A DNA stretch of 64,000 nt from Candidatus Hydrogenedentota bacterium (GCA_034669905.1 JAXMOL010000012.1:32001-96000), one strand, 5' to 3'; shown: positions 37,282 to 46,850, numbered from the stretch's first letter. Notes: a model not told the origin generated them from the sequence alone. A program made the numbers and translations.

Positions 37282-37860
37282 ATGTCCAAGACCTTCATCC
37301 CAAAACACGGCGGCTACCAGCGCCTCAAGTCCTACCAGAAGGCCGTCATTGTGTACGACGCCACCGTCTACTTCTGCGACCGCTACCTCAGCAAACGAGA
37401 CCGCACCCACGACCAGATGATCCAAGCGGCGCGCTCGGGGAAGCAAAACATTGTGGAAGGCAGCATGGCTTCGGGCACCTCGAAGAAAACCGAGTTGCAT
37501 CTCACCAACGTGGCGCGGGCGAGCCTGGAGGAGTTGCTGGAAGACTACCAGGACTTTCTTCGTAAGCAGGGCAGCGCCGAGTGGTCGCAGGCGCACCCCT
37601 ATGCCCAGCGGCTACGGGCGCTCAATCAACTGCCTGAAGGAAACTACGAGACCTTCCAAAAGGGTATCGAGCATCTTGATCCGGTGGTGAGTGCCAACGT
37701 GATCATCGGGTTGATTCGGGTGACCTGTTATCTGCTGGACCGTCAACTGGCGCGCCTGCAAGAGGAGTTCGTCGAGGATGGTGGTATCCGCGAGCGCATG
37801 ACCCAGGCGCGGACCGCACGACGCAGTGAACAGCGACGGGAAAAAGGACGAAGGACCTAA
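37282..37860 (+). CDS. Four helix bundle protein (23S rRNA IVP-like) with suffix domain
   Basis: HGGYQRLKSYQKA, RTHDQMIQAARSGKQNIVEGS, VARASLEELLEDY, YLLDRQL..EF..DGG.RERM; GAGGAG RBS. Confidence 0.9.
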   Translation: MSKTFIPKHGGYQRLKSYQKAVIVYDATVYFCDRYLSKRDRTHDQMIQAARSGKQNIVEGSMASGTSKKTELHLTNVARASLEELLEDYQDFLRKQGSAEWSQAHPYAQRLRALNQLPEGNYETFQKGIEHLDPVVSANVIIGLIRVTCYLLDRQLARLQEEFVEDGGIRERMTQARTARRSEQRREKGRRT

Positions 37861-37949
37861 AGGACGGAAAGGACGAAAAGGACCGCTTGCGATGGAACCA
37901 TTGAAACATGATCGGGCGGTCTGGTTGTCTTGCGCTTGTGCCCCTGCGT

Positions 37950-38000
37950 CTCGACGCAGCGCGTCGAGATCGGCGTTCCCAGGCGGAGCCTGGGAACGAG
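37950..38000. repeat. REP-like double hairpin; related copy at 43327-43355
   Basis: tctcgacgcagcgcgtcgaga and cgttcccaggcggagcctgggaacg; ttcccacgctccacgtgggaacgag. Confidence 0.65.
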
Positions 38001-38181
38001 GGCGCTAGACGAGGTTGGGCAAAAAAGTTATCGCTGTGACTGCGAGGCCTTGGAAGCTCCTTGGTTCAACGCTATTGGCCCGGTCTCCCTTGTCGTTTAA
38101 GTCCTTTTCGTCCTTTATGTCCTTTCTCCCGATGCGCTATCATCGCCCCGAGCAACGTTACCCGAAACGAGAGAGGCACCC

Positions 38182-39594
38182 ATGCACAAACTCATTACCC
38201 TTGCCCTGTTCTGCCTGGTTCCCTTAAGTGCCATCGCTGCGCCACCCAACATCCTCTTTATCCTTGTCGACGACATGAGCTGGACCGGGCCCACCTGTTA
38301 CGGCAGCGACCTCCACGAAACCCCCAACATCGACCGGCTGGCCACCCAGGGCGTGCGCTTCACGAACGCCTATTCCGCCAGCCCGGTGTGCACGCCAACG
38401 CGGGCGGCCATCATGACGGGACAACATCCCGCGCGGCTCAACATGACCATCTGGCACGAGGGCGCGCTGGAGCGTCTCGAAGGACCGGGGGACAAGCCCC
38501 TGGCACCGCCCATTACCGAGCCCAACCTCGCGCTGGAGCACACGACCATCGCGGAGGTCCTTCACGGCGCGGGCTATCAGACGGCCCACGTGGGCAAGTG
38601 GCATCTCGGTGACGCGGGCCACTACCCGGAGACCCAGGGTTTCGATGTGAATATTGGCGCGAGTTTCTGGGGGGCCCCACGTACTTACTGGTATCCCTAC
38701 AAGGGCGAACGGGTGCGGAGTACGGGGGAGCGGGAACACCGCTATGTGCCGGGCCTGCCTTTTGGCAAGGAGGGCGAATACCTGACGGACCGCCTCACCG
38801 ACGAGGCCCTGCGACTCATGGAGCGGATGCACGCCAACGAAAAGCCTTTCTTTCTTCACATGTCCTACCACAATCCCCACACGCCCATCGAAGGCAAGCC
38901 GGAACTGGTGGCCTACTATAAAAAGAAAATAAAGGAAGGCATGACCCACCAGAACGCCCGTTACGCCGCCATGGTCCACACCCTCGATGAAGACATCGGC
39001 CGGTTGCTGGCGAAGGTGGATGAACTGGGTATTGCGGACAACACCATGGTGGTCTTCTATTCCGACAATGGCGGATTCGACCAGGTGCGGGATGACGAGC
39101 AGGTGACCAACAATGCGCCCCTTCGCTCGGGGAAGGGCTCGGTCTACGAAGGGGGCATTCGCGTGCCCTTGATTGTGCGTTGGCCCGGCGTGACATCGAC
39201 GAATGCCGTGTGCGACGTACCCGTGACCTCCATGGATTTCTACCCGACCATCCTGGAAGCGCTGCAGGTGAAGGCCGATAAGGTCCTTGACGGGGTGTCC
39301 CTCACGCCCGTGTTGCGCGACCCGAAAGAGACCCTGCCCCGGGAAGACCTGCACTGGCACTATCCCCACTATTACTTCACGACCACGCCTGTGACGGCCA
39401 TACGTCATGGGGACTGGAAGTTGATCGAGTATTACGAAGACGGGCGTCAGGAACTCTTTAACCTGAAGAAGGATCTCGGTGAAACGAAGGATTTGTCGAA
39501 GGAAAAACCGGAGATTACCCACGACCTTCACGAACGTCTGGACGACTGGCGCAAGGAAGTAAACGCCCAGCTGCCCACGAAAAATACACCCTGA
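38182..39594 (+). CDS. Sulfatase (arylsulfatase/GalNAc-6-sulfatase-like)
   Basis: Signal peptide, PNILFILVDD, CTPTR, GKWHLG, SDNGG, YEGGIRVP. Confidence 0.92.
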   Translation: MHKLITLALFCLVPLSAIAAPPNILFILVDDMSWTGPTCYGSDLHETPNIDRLATQGVRFTNAYSASPVCTPTRAAIMTGQHPARLNMTIWHEGALERLEGPGDKPLAPPITEPNLALEHTTIAEVLHGAGYQTAHVGKWHLGDAGHYPETQGFDVNIGASFWGAPRTYWYPYKGERVRSTGEREHRYVPGLPFGKEGEYLTDRLTDEALRLMERMHANEKPFFLHMSYHNPHTPIEGKPELVAYYKKKIKEGMTHQNARYAAMVHTLDEDIGRLLAKVDELGIADNTMVVFYSDNGGFDQVRDDEQVTNNAPLRSGKGSVYEGGIRVPLIVRWPGVTSTNAVCDVPVTSMDFYPTILEALQVKADKVLDGVSLTPVLRDPKETLPREDLHWHYPHYYFTTTPVTAIRHGDWKLIEYYEDGRQELFNLKKDLGETKDLSKEKPEITHDLHERLDDWRKEVNAQLPTKNTP

Positions 39595-39672
39595 GAAAAG
39601 GGCGGTGAAGTGGTACGGTTTGTGTTGCGCGTGGGCGTCGCTTCGCCTTGGGTGGAAACCCAAAAAAAGTTG

Positions 39673-40003
39673 AACCACGAATGAACACGAATTGACACGA
39701 ATAAGGAAAGAGGAGAATCGATGCAGCGACGGTAGACACATCGCAGCTGAACGACACCGACTCTTCCCTTCCGTGTAATTCCGTGCTTTCCGTGGTCAAC
39801 AACAATTTAAGAGTGCCGACCACGGAAAGCACGGAAAGAATTTAGAGAGATTTCTTACTCATGGTTTTTCGTAGGCTGCACACAAATCATCGCTGCTTTT
39901 TCGCTCTTCGGTGTGGTTCGGGGATGAGATAGGAAGTGATGCACTACCCAACTTAACCCGGCGTTACTTGTCCTTTATGTCGTTTCCGTCCTTTAGGTCC
40001 TTT
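39673..40003. repeat. Intergenic short tandem-repeat arrays (10-mer CACGAAT type, inverted CACGGAA pair, 9-mer GTCCTTT array)
   Basis: 39673-39702; 39769-39796 complementary to 39818-39838; 39970-40003. Confidence 0.8.
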
Positions 40004-40070
40004 CTTCACAATTGTTATCATGGCCGGATAGCCAGCAGCATCTCACCCCAAAAGGAGCGTAGACCATCTT

Positions 40071-41237
40071 ATGCCGTTGAGCCGCCGCCAGTTTATCCAG
40101 GCCACCGCCACGACGTCGGTGGCCGCACTGACCCCATCGGTCTATGGGGCACCCACCACGACGCCGCTGATCACACCCATCCACGATGCCATCGTGTGCC
40201 CGTGGTCCCCGAAGCACCCGCGCCACGATCACCAACTCATCTTCCCGTTGGACGAGCAACGACTCATGCTGGTCTGGTGCGAGTATGTGGACGAAAGGGC
40301 CGACCCCAACGCCACAATCGGCAGCGGCGGCACGGGCGATGAAGTGCCCTGCCAGATCACGTCTATGATTTCCACGGACCACGGTCGCACGTGGGGCGAG
40401 CGGCGGGTCTTGCAGGAAAATCGCTGGCAGCACAATGTGAAGCATCCGAACCTCGTGCGCCTTTCCGAGACTGAGGTCCTCTTTTCGTATGTGGGCTGGG
40501 ACTCTGCGGAAAACCGCAATGTCTATATGCGCCGTTCCATGGACAATTGCGCGATTTTTGGGGAGGAGGTCCAGATCTCCGAGCCGGGGTGGTATTGCAA
40601 CAACGCCGACCGGGCCATGCGCCTCAGCACGGGCCGGGTGCTCTTGCCGGCCCACGGTCCCTACGCGGAAAAGTACATCGGCGGCACGCCCTATGCCGGG
40701 GGCGACCTCCATTCCTTCGTGTTTTACTCCGATGATGGCTTCAAGACGTGGCATCGAAGCAGCGATTCCATGACGGCCAAGGGACGTGGCTGCCACGAGC
40801 CGACCATTGTCGAATTGGAAGACGGTCGTCTCTATTGCCTGCTGCGCAACACGAACGAATGCCAGTACTACAGCATTTCGGAAGATGGGGGCGATCACTG
40901 GAGCACGCCCGCGCCCACGACCTTGGCCTCGCCCGAATCCCCGGCCCTCATCAAGCGAATACCCAGCACCGGTGACCTGCTCGTGCTGTGGAACAACGTG
41001 CCTTCCAAATCCAACTGGCCCCGCATCCCCCTGACCGCCGCCGTCTCGAAAGATGAAGGCAAGACGTGGGGGAGCTACCACGACCTCGATAACCGCAAAG
41101 ACTGCGACGCCGCCTATCCCTCCGTCACCTTCGTGGGGGACGAGGCGCTGGTGGCCTATTACTCACGCTCCACGAAGTGGACCCGTGATTCCGAAGTGAC
41201 GCTGCGGATTTACAAGGTCGACCAGTTTTACGGGTGA
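40071..41237 (+). CDS. Tat-exported BNR/sialidase-family protein
   Basis: SRRQFI twin-arginine signal; Asp boxes STDHGRTW, SDDGFKTW, SEDGGDHW, SKDEGKTW; AYPS. Confidence 0.88.
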   Translation: MPLSRRQFIQATATTSVAALTPSVYGAPTTTPLITPIHDAIVCPWSPKHPRHDHQLIFPLDEQRLMLVWCEYVDERADPNATIGSGGTGDEVPCQITSMISTDHGRTWGERRVLQENRWQHNVKHPNLVRLSETEVLFSYVGWDSAENRNVYMRRSMDNCAIFGEEVQISEPGWYCNNADRAMRLSTGRVLLPAHGPYAEKYIGGTPYAGGDLHSFVFYSDDGFKTWHRSSDSMTAKGRGCHEPTIVELEDGRLYCLLRNTNECQYYSISEDGGDHWSTPAPTTLASPESPALIKRIPSTGDLLVLWNNVPSKSNWPRIPLTAAVSKDEGKTWGSYHDLDNRKDCDAAYPSVTFVGDEALVAYYSRSTKWTRDSEVTLRIYKVDQFYG

Positions 41238-41336
41238 TACGTACCCAAGCTCCTGACGGTTCAATTATCGCCTTCAGCGCGGTTGCAAGTCCGAAGTCTC
41301 ATGAAGAGGGATGGTTATACTTTTGCGGCCATATAT

Positions 41337-41365
41337 TTGACAAAATTTAGACAAAGATATAAGAT
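41337..41365 (+). promoter_or_regulatory. Sigma70 promoter of photolyase with 11-bp-spaced TnGACA direct repeats
   Basis: TTGACA-17 nt-TAAGAT; TTGACA 41337 and TAGACA 41348. Confidence 0.7.
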
Positions 41366-41408
41366 TCAGGAGTAAACCGAATCGTTGCAGCAGAAGAAGG
41401 AGTGTCCC

Positions 41409-42857
41409 ATGGCGACTGAAAACGTGGTTATCTATTGGTTGCGGAACGACTTGCGCCTTGCTGACAACCCGGCACTTACGGCCGCCCTCTCGACGGGACA
41501 TGCCGTTCTTCCTGTCTATATCTGGTCTCCCGAGGAAGAGGGGGACTGGGTGCCCGGTGCGGCTTCCCGGGTCTGGCTCCATGAGTCGTTGAAACGGCTC
41601 GCCAAGGCCTATGAAGCGCTCGATTCGCGACTATTGCTACGCCAGGGTGATTCGGCAGAAACGTTGCACGCCCTTTGCGACGCGTATGGGGCCACCACCG
41701 TGTTTACCAGCCGCCGCTACGAACCCCACGCCCTCCACCAGGAAGCCCGCGTCCGCGACCGGCTCAAGGGCGACGACGTGACCCTCCAGGTTTTCAACGG
41801 GAGTCTGCTGAATGCGCCGGACGCCGTGGAGACCCAGGCCGGTGATCCTTACAAAGTGTTCACGCCCTACTACAACGCCTGCGTGAAGAAGGGAGAGCCC
41901 AGAGAGGCGCATCCAGCCCCCACCAAGATACCTGCGCCGAAGAAGTGGCCGACGTCCGATGCGCTCGCTGACCTGGCGCTCGTACCCGACCATCCCTGGG
42001 TGGAGAAGGTCCAACAACATGGAACCTTTGGCGAGGCGAGGGCTTTGGAGTTGCTGGATGCCTTTACCGACGACGCTATCATCGACTATCCGGAACTACG
42101 GGACCGTCCCGATGTTTCGGGCACGTCGAGTCTGGCACCCCACCTCCATTTTGGTGAGCTGTCCCCCGTGCAGGTGTGGCATGCCGCGTCGGCCTATCGT
42201 GAGGGCGGGAACGATGAACAGCCCGGTAATGCGGCGTACATTCGTCAGCTCTACTGGCGTGACTTCGCCTATCATCTGCTTTACTACTTTCCGGATACCC
42301 CCGAAGAACCCTTAAAGCCCATGTTCGCGCCCTTTCCCTGGGTGGAGGATGACGAAGCCTTGCATCGCTGGCAGCGGGGACAGACCGGCTATCCCTTTGT
42401 GGATGCGGGCATGCGGGAATTGTGGGAAACGGGGTGGATGCACAACCGCGTCCGCATGGTCGTGGCTTCCTTCCTCATCAAAGATTTACGTATCCACTGG
42501 CGGGAAGGCGCCCAGTGGTTCTGGGATTGCCTCTTCGATGCCGACCTGGCCAACAACTCCCTCGGGTGGCAATGGGTGGCCGGTTGTGGTGCCGATGCCG
42601 CGCCCTACTTCCGGGTTTTCAACCCCTTTACCCAGGGGAAGAAGTTTGACCCCGATGGGGAATACGTCCGCAAGTGGGTGCCCGAGTTGGCCCAGGTGCC
42701 CGACAAATACCTGCAGACGCCGTGGGAAATGCCGCCGATTGAGTTGGCGGCGTGCGGTGTGACGTTGGGAAAGGAGTATCCCCACCCGATAGTCGACCAC
42801 GCCGAAGCCCGGAAAACTGCGCTGGCCATCTACGACGAGCTCAAGGCTGCGAAGTGA
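41409..42857 (+). CDS. phrB: Deoxyribodipyrimidine photolyase
   Basis: WLRNDLRLADNPAL, TSSLAPHLHFGE, GQTGYPFVDAGMRELWETGWMHNRVRM, DADLANN.GWQW. Confidence 0.95.
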   Translation: MATENVVIYWLRNDLRLADNPALTAALSTGHAVLPVYIWSPEEEGDWVPGAASRVWLHESLKRLAKAYEALDSRLLLRQGDSAETLHALCDAYGATTVFTSRRYEPHALHQEARVRDRLKGDDVTLQVFNGSLLNAPDAVETQAGDPYKVFTPYYNACVKKGEPREAHPAPTKIPAPKKWPTSDALADLALVPDHPWVEKVQQHGTFGEARALELLDAFTDDAIIDYPELRDRPDVSGTSSLAPHLHFGELSPVQVWHAASAYREGGNDEQPGNAAYIRQLYWRDFAYHLLYYFPDTPEEPLKPMFAPFPWVEDDEALHRWQRGQTGYPFVDAGMRELWETGWMHNRVRMVVASFLIKDLRIHWREGAQWFWDCLFDADLANNSLGWQWVAGCGADAAPYFRVFNPFTQGKKFDPDGEYVRKWVPELAQVPDKYLQTPWEMPPIELAACGVTLGKEYPHPIVDHAEARKTALAIYDELKAAK

Positions 42858-43071
42858 ACCGAGGGGCCGGAGTCCCCTCACCCACAAACTTCCCCCGCTT
42901 CGCTCCTCTGTTTGAGGGTGGCACCCGGGGGGTACTTTTTTTGTTCATGGGCAATAAGTGAGGAGGATTTATTCGAATATACAAGTGCTGGAGCTAAGCG
43001 CTTGTTGCAATGGTTCTTTTGTGAAACATGTCGCCACACATTTTTTGCAGATAGAACCACAAGCCCCTGGA

Positions 43072-43250
43072 CGTGCCGCGCGATCGGGTACTCCAGTTCG
43101 TGCGAAGGGGCTGTGGGACGTCATTGGGGCGGTGTCGTTGTGGGAAGACTTAAAGATGTCATGGGGGAAATAGCGCATTGCCCTTGGCCCGGGACCTAAT
43201 GGTATCTCCCGACCCGCGCACGAACCGGGAATACCGGATCGCGCGGCACG
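43072..43250. repeat. ~33-bp inverted repeat pair enclosing ~112 bp (MITE/REPIN-like); single arms at 57826-57861 and 60366-60401
   Basis: CGTGCCGCGCGATC...GTTCGTGCG seen four times. Confidence 0.75.
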
Positions 43251-43356
43251 ATGGTTGGGTTTAGTTTGTTTGTGCGGAGGGAGTTTTGGTTGGTATCCGA
43301 TAATTGCCCATGAACCACTTTTTTCGCTCCTTCCCACGCTCCACGTGGGAACGAGC

Positions 43357-45243
43357 CTACTTCAGCGCGGCGATCCGATGCGCTTCACCAGCCTCCACCG
43401 CTTCCAGGGCCGCGTCGTTTGCCAACAACAAGACCCGACGGCTACCCACGTTGGTATCCGATAAGACGCCATAGCTTCTCCCTTCGGGACACAGGGCGAC
43501 GACCCAACGCCAGTCTTCCTCCAGTACCATCATGAAGGCGGGGGAGGCGATGTTCATGCCCGCGAACAACTGGCGGATTCGCTTTGAAACGGCTTCTTCG
43601 TAGGCCTGCGTTTTCGCGACGTTATCGCCATCAGGACCCTGGTAGGCAAAGACCGCCTGCTGCAGACGTTCCAACTCCTGGTCGTTAATCACGGCCATGG
43701 TCGCGATCGGAACAGGGCGAACCGCTTTCTGTATGTCCCGCTGCATTTTTGACTGCAGGCGTGCTTGCTCATAGGTAGGCAAGTCATTCATTTCCGAGAT
43801 GGGCAGGAGCTCGCACAAAACGGGTTCGTGGAAATGCTCCGCGTAGTAGATATACTCCTCGCGCGAGAAACCCACCGAATAGAGATCGTAGGCCCTGTTC
43901 TGTTGGGAGCATGCACGGAGTGGCGCGCAGAACGCTCGGGCGGATTTGTAGGGGTTGATGGCCGGAAAGATGACCAGCGCACAAAGTAGGACCAGTATGG
44001 CCGAATGGGTGGTCATATCCCGCAGGAGCTGGCGGGAATCGGTGCGCAGGGCGGCATAGAATCCCTGCATACCACAGGCCAGCGCAAGGATACTGACTGC
44101 CAGAATCGACGGATGCCCATATTCCTTATAGGGACCCATGACAAAAACCAGGGGCGCAAAGGCCAGCATCGTCAAGGCGGCAGCCCAGAGGAGCCCGGTG
44201 TTCCGTCGCCAGATCCGCCGGTCGCTTTCTACGAGCTCCAGAATGCTGCGGGAGAGGAAGATGGCGAGCACAGGATAGAGGGGCAGCAGATAAATGGACC
44301 GCTTCCCGATACAGGCCGAGAAAAACAGAAAGGCGGGTATGGTCCAGGCCAGAAGGAGGCGCATTTCCTCCCCGTCCTTGCGCCGCTTCCACCCCCAATA
44401 GAGCGTCCACGGTAGAAAGAGCCCCCAGGGCAAGAGGTCGACGGGCATGTGGGTGGCATAGAACCCGGGCCACTTCGCGTGGCTGATACCCAGAAAGAAA
44501 CGGCCGATGGTCTGGCGGAAAAGATTGGCGGCAATGCCATCGCCCGTCTCCATACCGCTTTCGACGGAAACCGCCATGCGCGCCGGGATGAGCCAGGCGG
44601 CCACGATGATCAGCACCACCACCGTGCCCACCACCCAGTGAAGGTCTTTTCGGTCCTGTTTTTTCCCCCAATAGAACACCAGAATCATAAAGAAAGGAAA
44701 GACGAGCCCCGGGGGGCCTTTCGTCAATACGGCGGCGGCGATAGCAAGGTAAAAGCCCACGAGGGCGAAGGACTGGCGGTTTTTATGCCAGTGCCAGAAG
44801 CACAGGAGGGAGGCGGTGAGGAACATGGTCATGAGCATATCGATTTGCCCGAAACGCGCCTGCCACCAGAAGCGGTGGGTGGTCATGAGGATGAGGGCTG
44901 CCCAGAATGCCACGGAGGTTCCATAGAGACTTTGGGCCAGCAAGTAGGTGAGCACGATGGTGACCAGTCCCCCAATTGCCAATGGGAGGCGGGCGGTGAA
45001 TTCGGTTACATCGCCCACGGGCGCCGAGAGGAGGGCGGTGGTCCAAAAGAGCATGGGAGGCTTTTCGGTGTAGGGCTGGCCGTTGACGCGGGGTACCAGG
45101 TAATCCCCGGAATGGAGCATTTCCCGGGCCACCTGGGCGAAACGTGGTTCGTCGGGTGGCCAGAGATCGTAGCCCCCGAGATTGGTCAGAAACAGGAAAG
45201 CGCCAAGTAGAATGAGGATAGGCAGGTGATAACGAGGGTTCAT
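43357..45243 (-). CDS. ArnT-like glycosyltransferase (GT83/PMT fold)
   Basis: PDEPRFAQVAREM, YTEKPPMLFW, LTKGP, DLLPWG, KRSIYLLPLYP; start overlaps upstream stop. Confidence 0.9.
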   Translation of the reverse strand: MNPRYHLPILILLGAFLFLTNLGGYDLWPPDEPRFAQVAREMLHSGDYLVPRVNGQPYTEKPPMLFWTTALLSAPVGDVTEFTARLPLAIGGLVTIVLTYLLAQSLYGTSVAFWAALILMTTHRFWWQARFGQIDMLMTMFLTASLLCFWHWHKNRQSFALVGFYLAIAAAVLTKGPPGLVFPFFMILVFYWGKKQDRKDLHWVVGTVVVLIIVAAWLIPARMAVSVESGMETGDGIAANLFRQTIGRFFLGISHAKWPGFYATHMPVDLLPWGLFLPWTLYWGWKRRKDGEEMRLLLAWTIPAFLFFSACIGKRSIYLLPLYPVLAIFLSRSILELVESDRRIWRRNTGLLWAAALTMLAFAPLVFVMGPYKEYGHPSILAVSILALACGMQGFYAALRTDSRQLLRDMTTHSAILVLLCALVIFPAINPYKSARAFCAPLRACSQQNRAYDLYSVGFSREEYIYYAEHFHEPVLCELLPISEMNDLPTYEQARLQSKMQRDIQKAVRPVPIATMAVINDQELERLQQAVFAYQGPDGDNVAKTQAYEEAVSKRIRQLFAGMNIASPAFMMVLEEDWRWVVALCPEGRSYGVLSDTNVGSRRVLLLANDAALEAVEAGEAHRIAALK

Positions 45244-45932
45244 GCAGGGGCTGATTCTTTCTCGTCGGTGGTATTCAAGAGCGCGATGTTGCGCAGATAT
45301 ATAAGGAGGGTGAGGGACGTGCCCGCCAGAAATAGCCACTCGCTCCGTTGGAGGAAGCAAGCCGCCTGTAAGGCACTGGCGACGACGCTGAGATACCAGA
45401 AGACAGGCGGTACGGTGCTTTCGCCCTGCCGTTCCGACGCGATCCACTGGATCAGGAAACGCCCTGCGAAGAGGGCCTGTCCCGCGACGCCCAGGGCCAG
45501 CCAGCCCCAGGTCTCCCGCGCCAGTTCGGGTGCCAGGGTCTGGTTGTGGGTGAGCTCCTGACGCCAGATGAAGATGACGAAGCAAATGGCGACGACGGCT
45601 ATGCTGGCCGCCATGGCCTGGAGCAGCACGGCGGCAAGGGGACCCATGCGCCCTGACTTCCGCCCGATGAAGATGAGGTTGCGGGTATAGACGACGATGT
45701 TGAAGCACTGGCTCAGGGCACCCAGGGGCGAGCGGATGGCGATGGCATAGGCAAGAAGGGTCAAGGTGCCAAGGCTGCTGAGGTACCAGAAGGACGGCGG
45801 AATGGTGCTCTTGCCCCGTCGTTCCGAGGCGATCCATTGGACCCAGAAGCGACTGAAAAAGATGGCCGTTCCGACGGTGCCCAACAGATGCCATAGCATT
45901 CCGGATGCCCCGCCGAAATCTACGATGAACAT
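45240..45932 (-). CDS. Tandem lipid A biosynthesis N-terminal (LAB_N) domain membrane protein
   Basis: Two copies of RF..QWIASER.G.ST.P..FWYLS. Confidence 0.88.
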   Translation of the reverse strand: MFIVDFGGASGMLWHLLGTVGTAIFFSRFWVQWIASERRGKSTIPPSFWYLSSLGTLTLLAYAIAIRSPLGALSQCFNIVVYTRNLIFIGRKSGRMGPLAAVLLQAMAASIAVVAICFVIFIWRQELTHNQTLAPELARETWGWLALGVAGQALFAGRFLIQWIASERQGESTVPPVFWYLSVVASALQAACFLQRSEWLFLAGTSLTLLIYLRNIALLNTTDEKESAPA

Positions 45933-45936
45933 GACC

Positions 45937-46107
45937 CTAGTCTTCCGGCTGGCGCAGGAGCGCGAAGAAGGGGATGAGCCCGGCCACGCCGAGAATCAGG
46001 GGGTCGTTCTGCCACCAGGCGACGGGCCCCAGGGCGACGCCCGCGAGGAAGGTCGCAATCACCAGATACCCGTTCAATGCGGTGGGTTTGGGGTCGTGCT
46101 TATCCAT
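45937..46107 (-). CDS. Small two-TM hypothetical protein (56 aa)
   Basis: Fills the operon gap, start overlaps upstream gene, two hydrophobic segments. Confidence 0.55.
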   Translation of the reverse strand: MDKHDPKPTALNGYLVIATFLAGVALGPVAWWQNDPLILGVAGLIPFFALLRQPED

Positions 46108-46663
46108 GATTCCAGAACTCCTTGGCGATAAAGGGAACGAGCCAGAGCAGGCAGTGGAGCTCGGCGACAATGCTGGGGATGATGAATTGGCGGACGGGCT
46201 TGTCGGTGCGGCGGTAGATAGCGGGTCGAGGGAGCCAGCGGGGGATAGCGGTCAGGAATTCGCGGTAGGGTGTTCCATACTTCTCCGTAAGGTGCAACTC
46301 TTCGCGACGAACGACGAAACGATAGACCACGGCGCACCAGATCACCATGAGCGGCACAAACCACAGCAGTTCCGACAGCACCACCAGACCGACCAGCATG
46401 GTCGAATTGGCGATGTAAATGGGGTTTCGAACCATGGTGTAGGGACCGGTTGTCGTGAGCACTTTACGGGTCTTCAAACGGTAGTGAAGATGGACCTGCG
46501 CCCAGGTGCGCAGGGCAACCCCGGCGAAAAAGATGGCCAGTCCGATGGGCCACAGGGCCACGCTCCATTCGGTTTCCTGATAGACAACGAAGAGGACAAA
46601 GAGGCAGGGGGGGAGCATCAGGAGACCACGAATCTTGTAAATACGATCGTAGGGTTTGGACAT
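46100..46663 (-). CDS. Isoprenylcysteine carboxylmethyltransferase/PEMT-family membrane methyltransferase
   Basis: LTTTGPYTMVRNPIY, EELHL..KYG..Y..F...PRW. Confidence 0.85.
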   Translation of the reverse strand: MSKPYDRIYKIRGLLMLPPCLFVLFVVYQETEWSVALWPIGLAIFFAGVALRTWAQVHLHYRLKTRKVLTTTGPYTMVRNPIYIANSTMLVGLVVLSELLWFVPLMVIWCAVVYRFVVRREELHLTEKYGTPYREFLTAIPRWLPRPAIYRRTDKPVRQFIIPSIVAELHCLLWLVPFIAKEFWNHG

Positions 46664-46850
46664 AAGAAGCGACCTTTCGAGAGGTTATGATGGGGCGAAA
46701 TACGGTCGTACTATACGGTGGAAACCTTGCCGTGATGTTACGGCGGCATTGCCATATGGCAAGGTTTTGGTGCTTTCAGTCTGCTACACTGAGGGCCAGT
46801 TATTGTGGGCCACGACCACCGTGGCCCTTACCGCGAGCAGGCCGAGATTC

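Larger units (their letters stand above)
37091..38125. repeat. 9-mer tandem arrays (AAAGGACnn) at 37091-37124(+), 37228-37261(-), 37843-37883(+), 38092-38125(-), plus 113-bp direct repeat 37149-37261/38013-38125
   Basis: Direct alignment; about 99/113 identical by hand count. Confidence 0.9.

Noticed and set aside
36988..37596. N-terminal extension of ImuA
   Set aside because: Overlaps the promoter, the repeat arrays and the opposite-strand gene; the RBS supports ATG 36987
37149..38125. Diversity-generating retroelement (Avd-like protein with TR/VR pair)
   Set aside because: No reverse transcriptase; mismatches between repeats are not adenine-specific; neither copy lies in a gene 3' end
43357..45894. 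845-aa fusion ORF
   Set aside because: The N-terminal 217 aa is an off-frame overlap with the LAB_N gene; the ArnT-like protein starts at 45243
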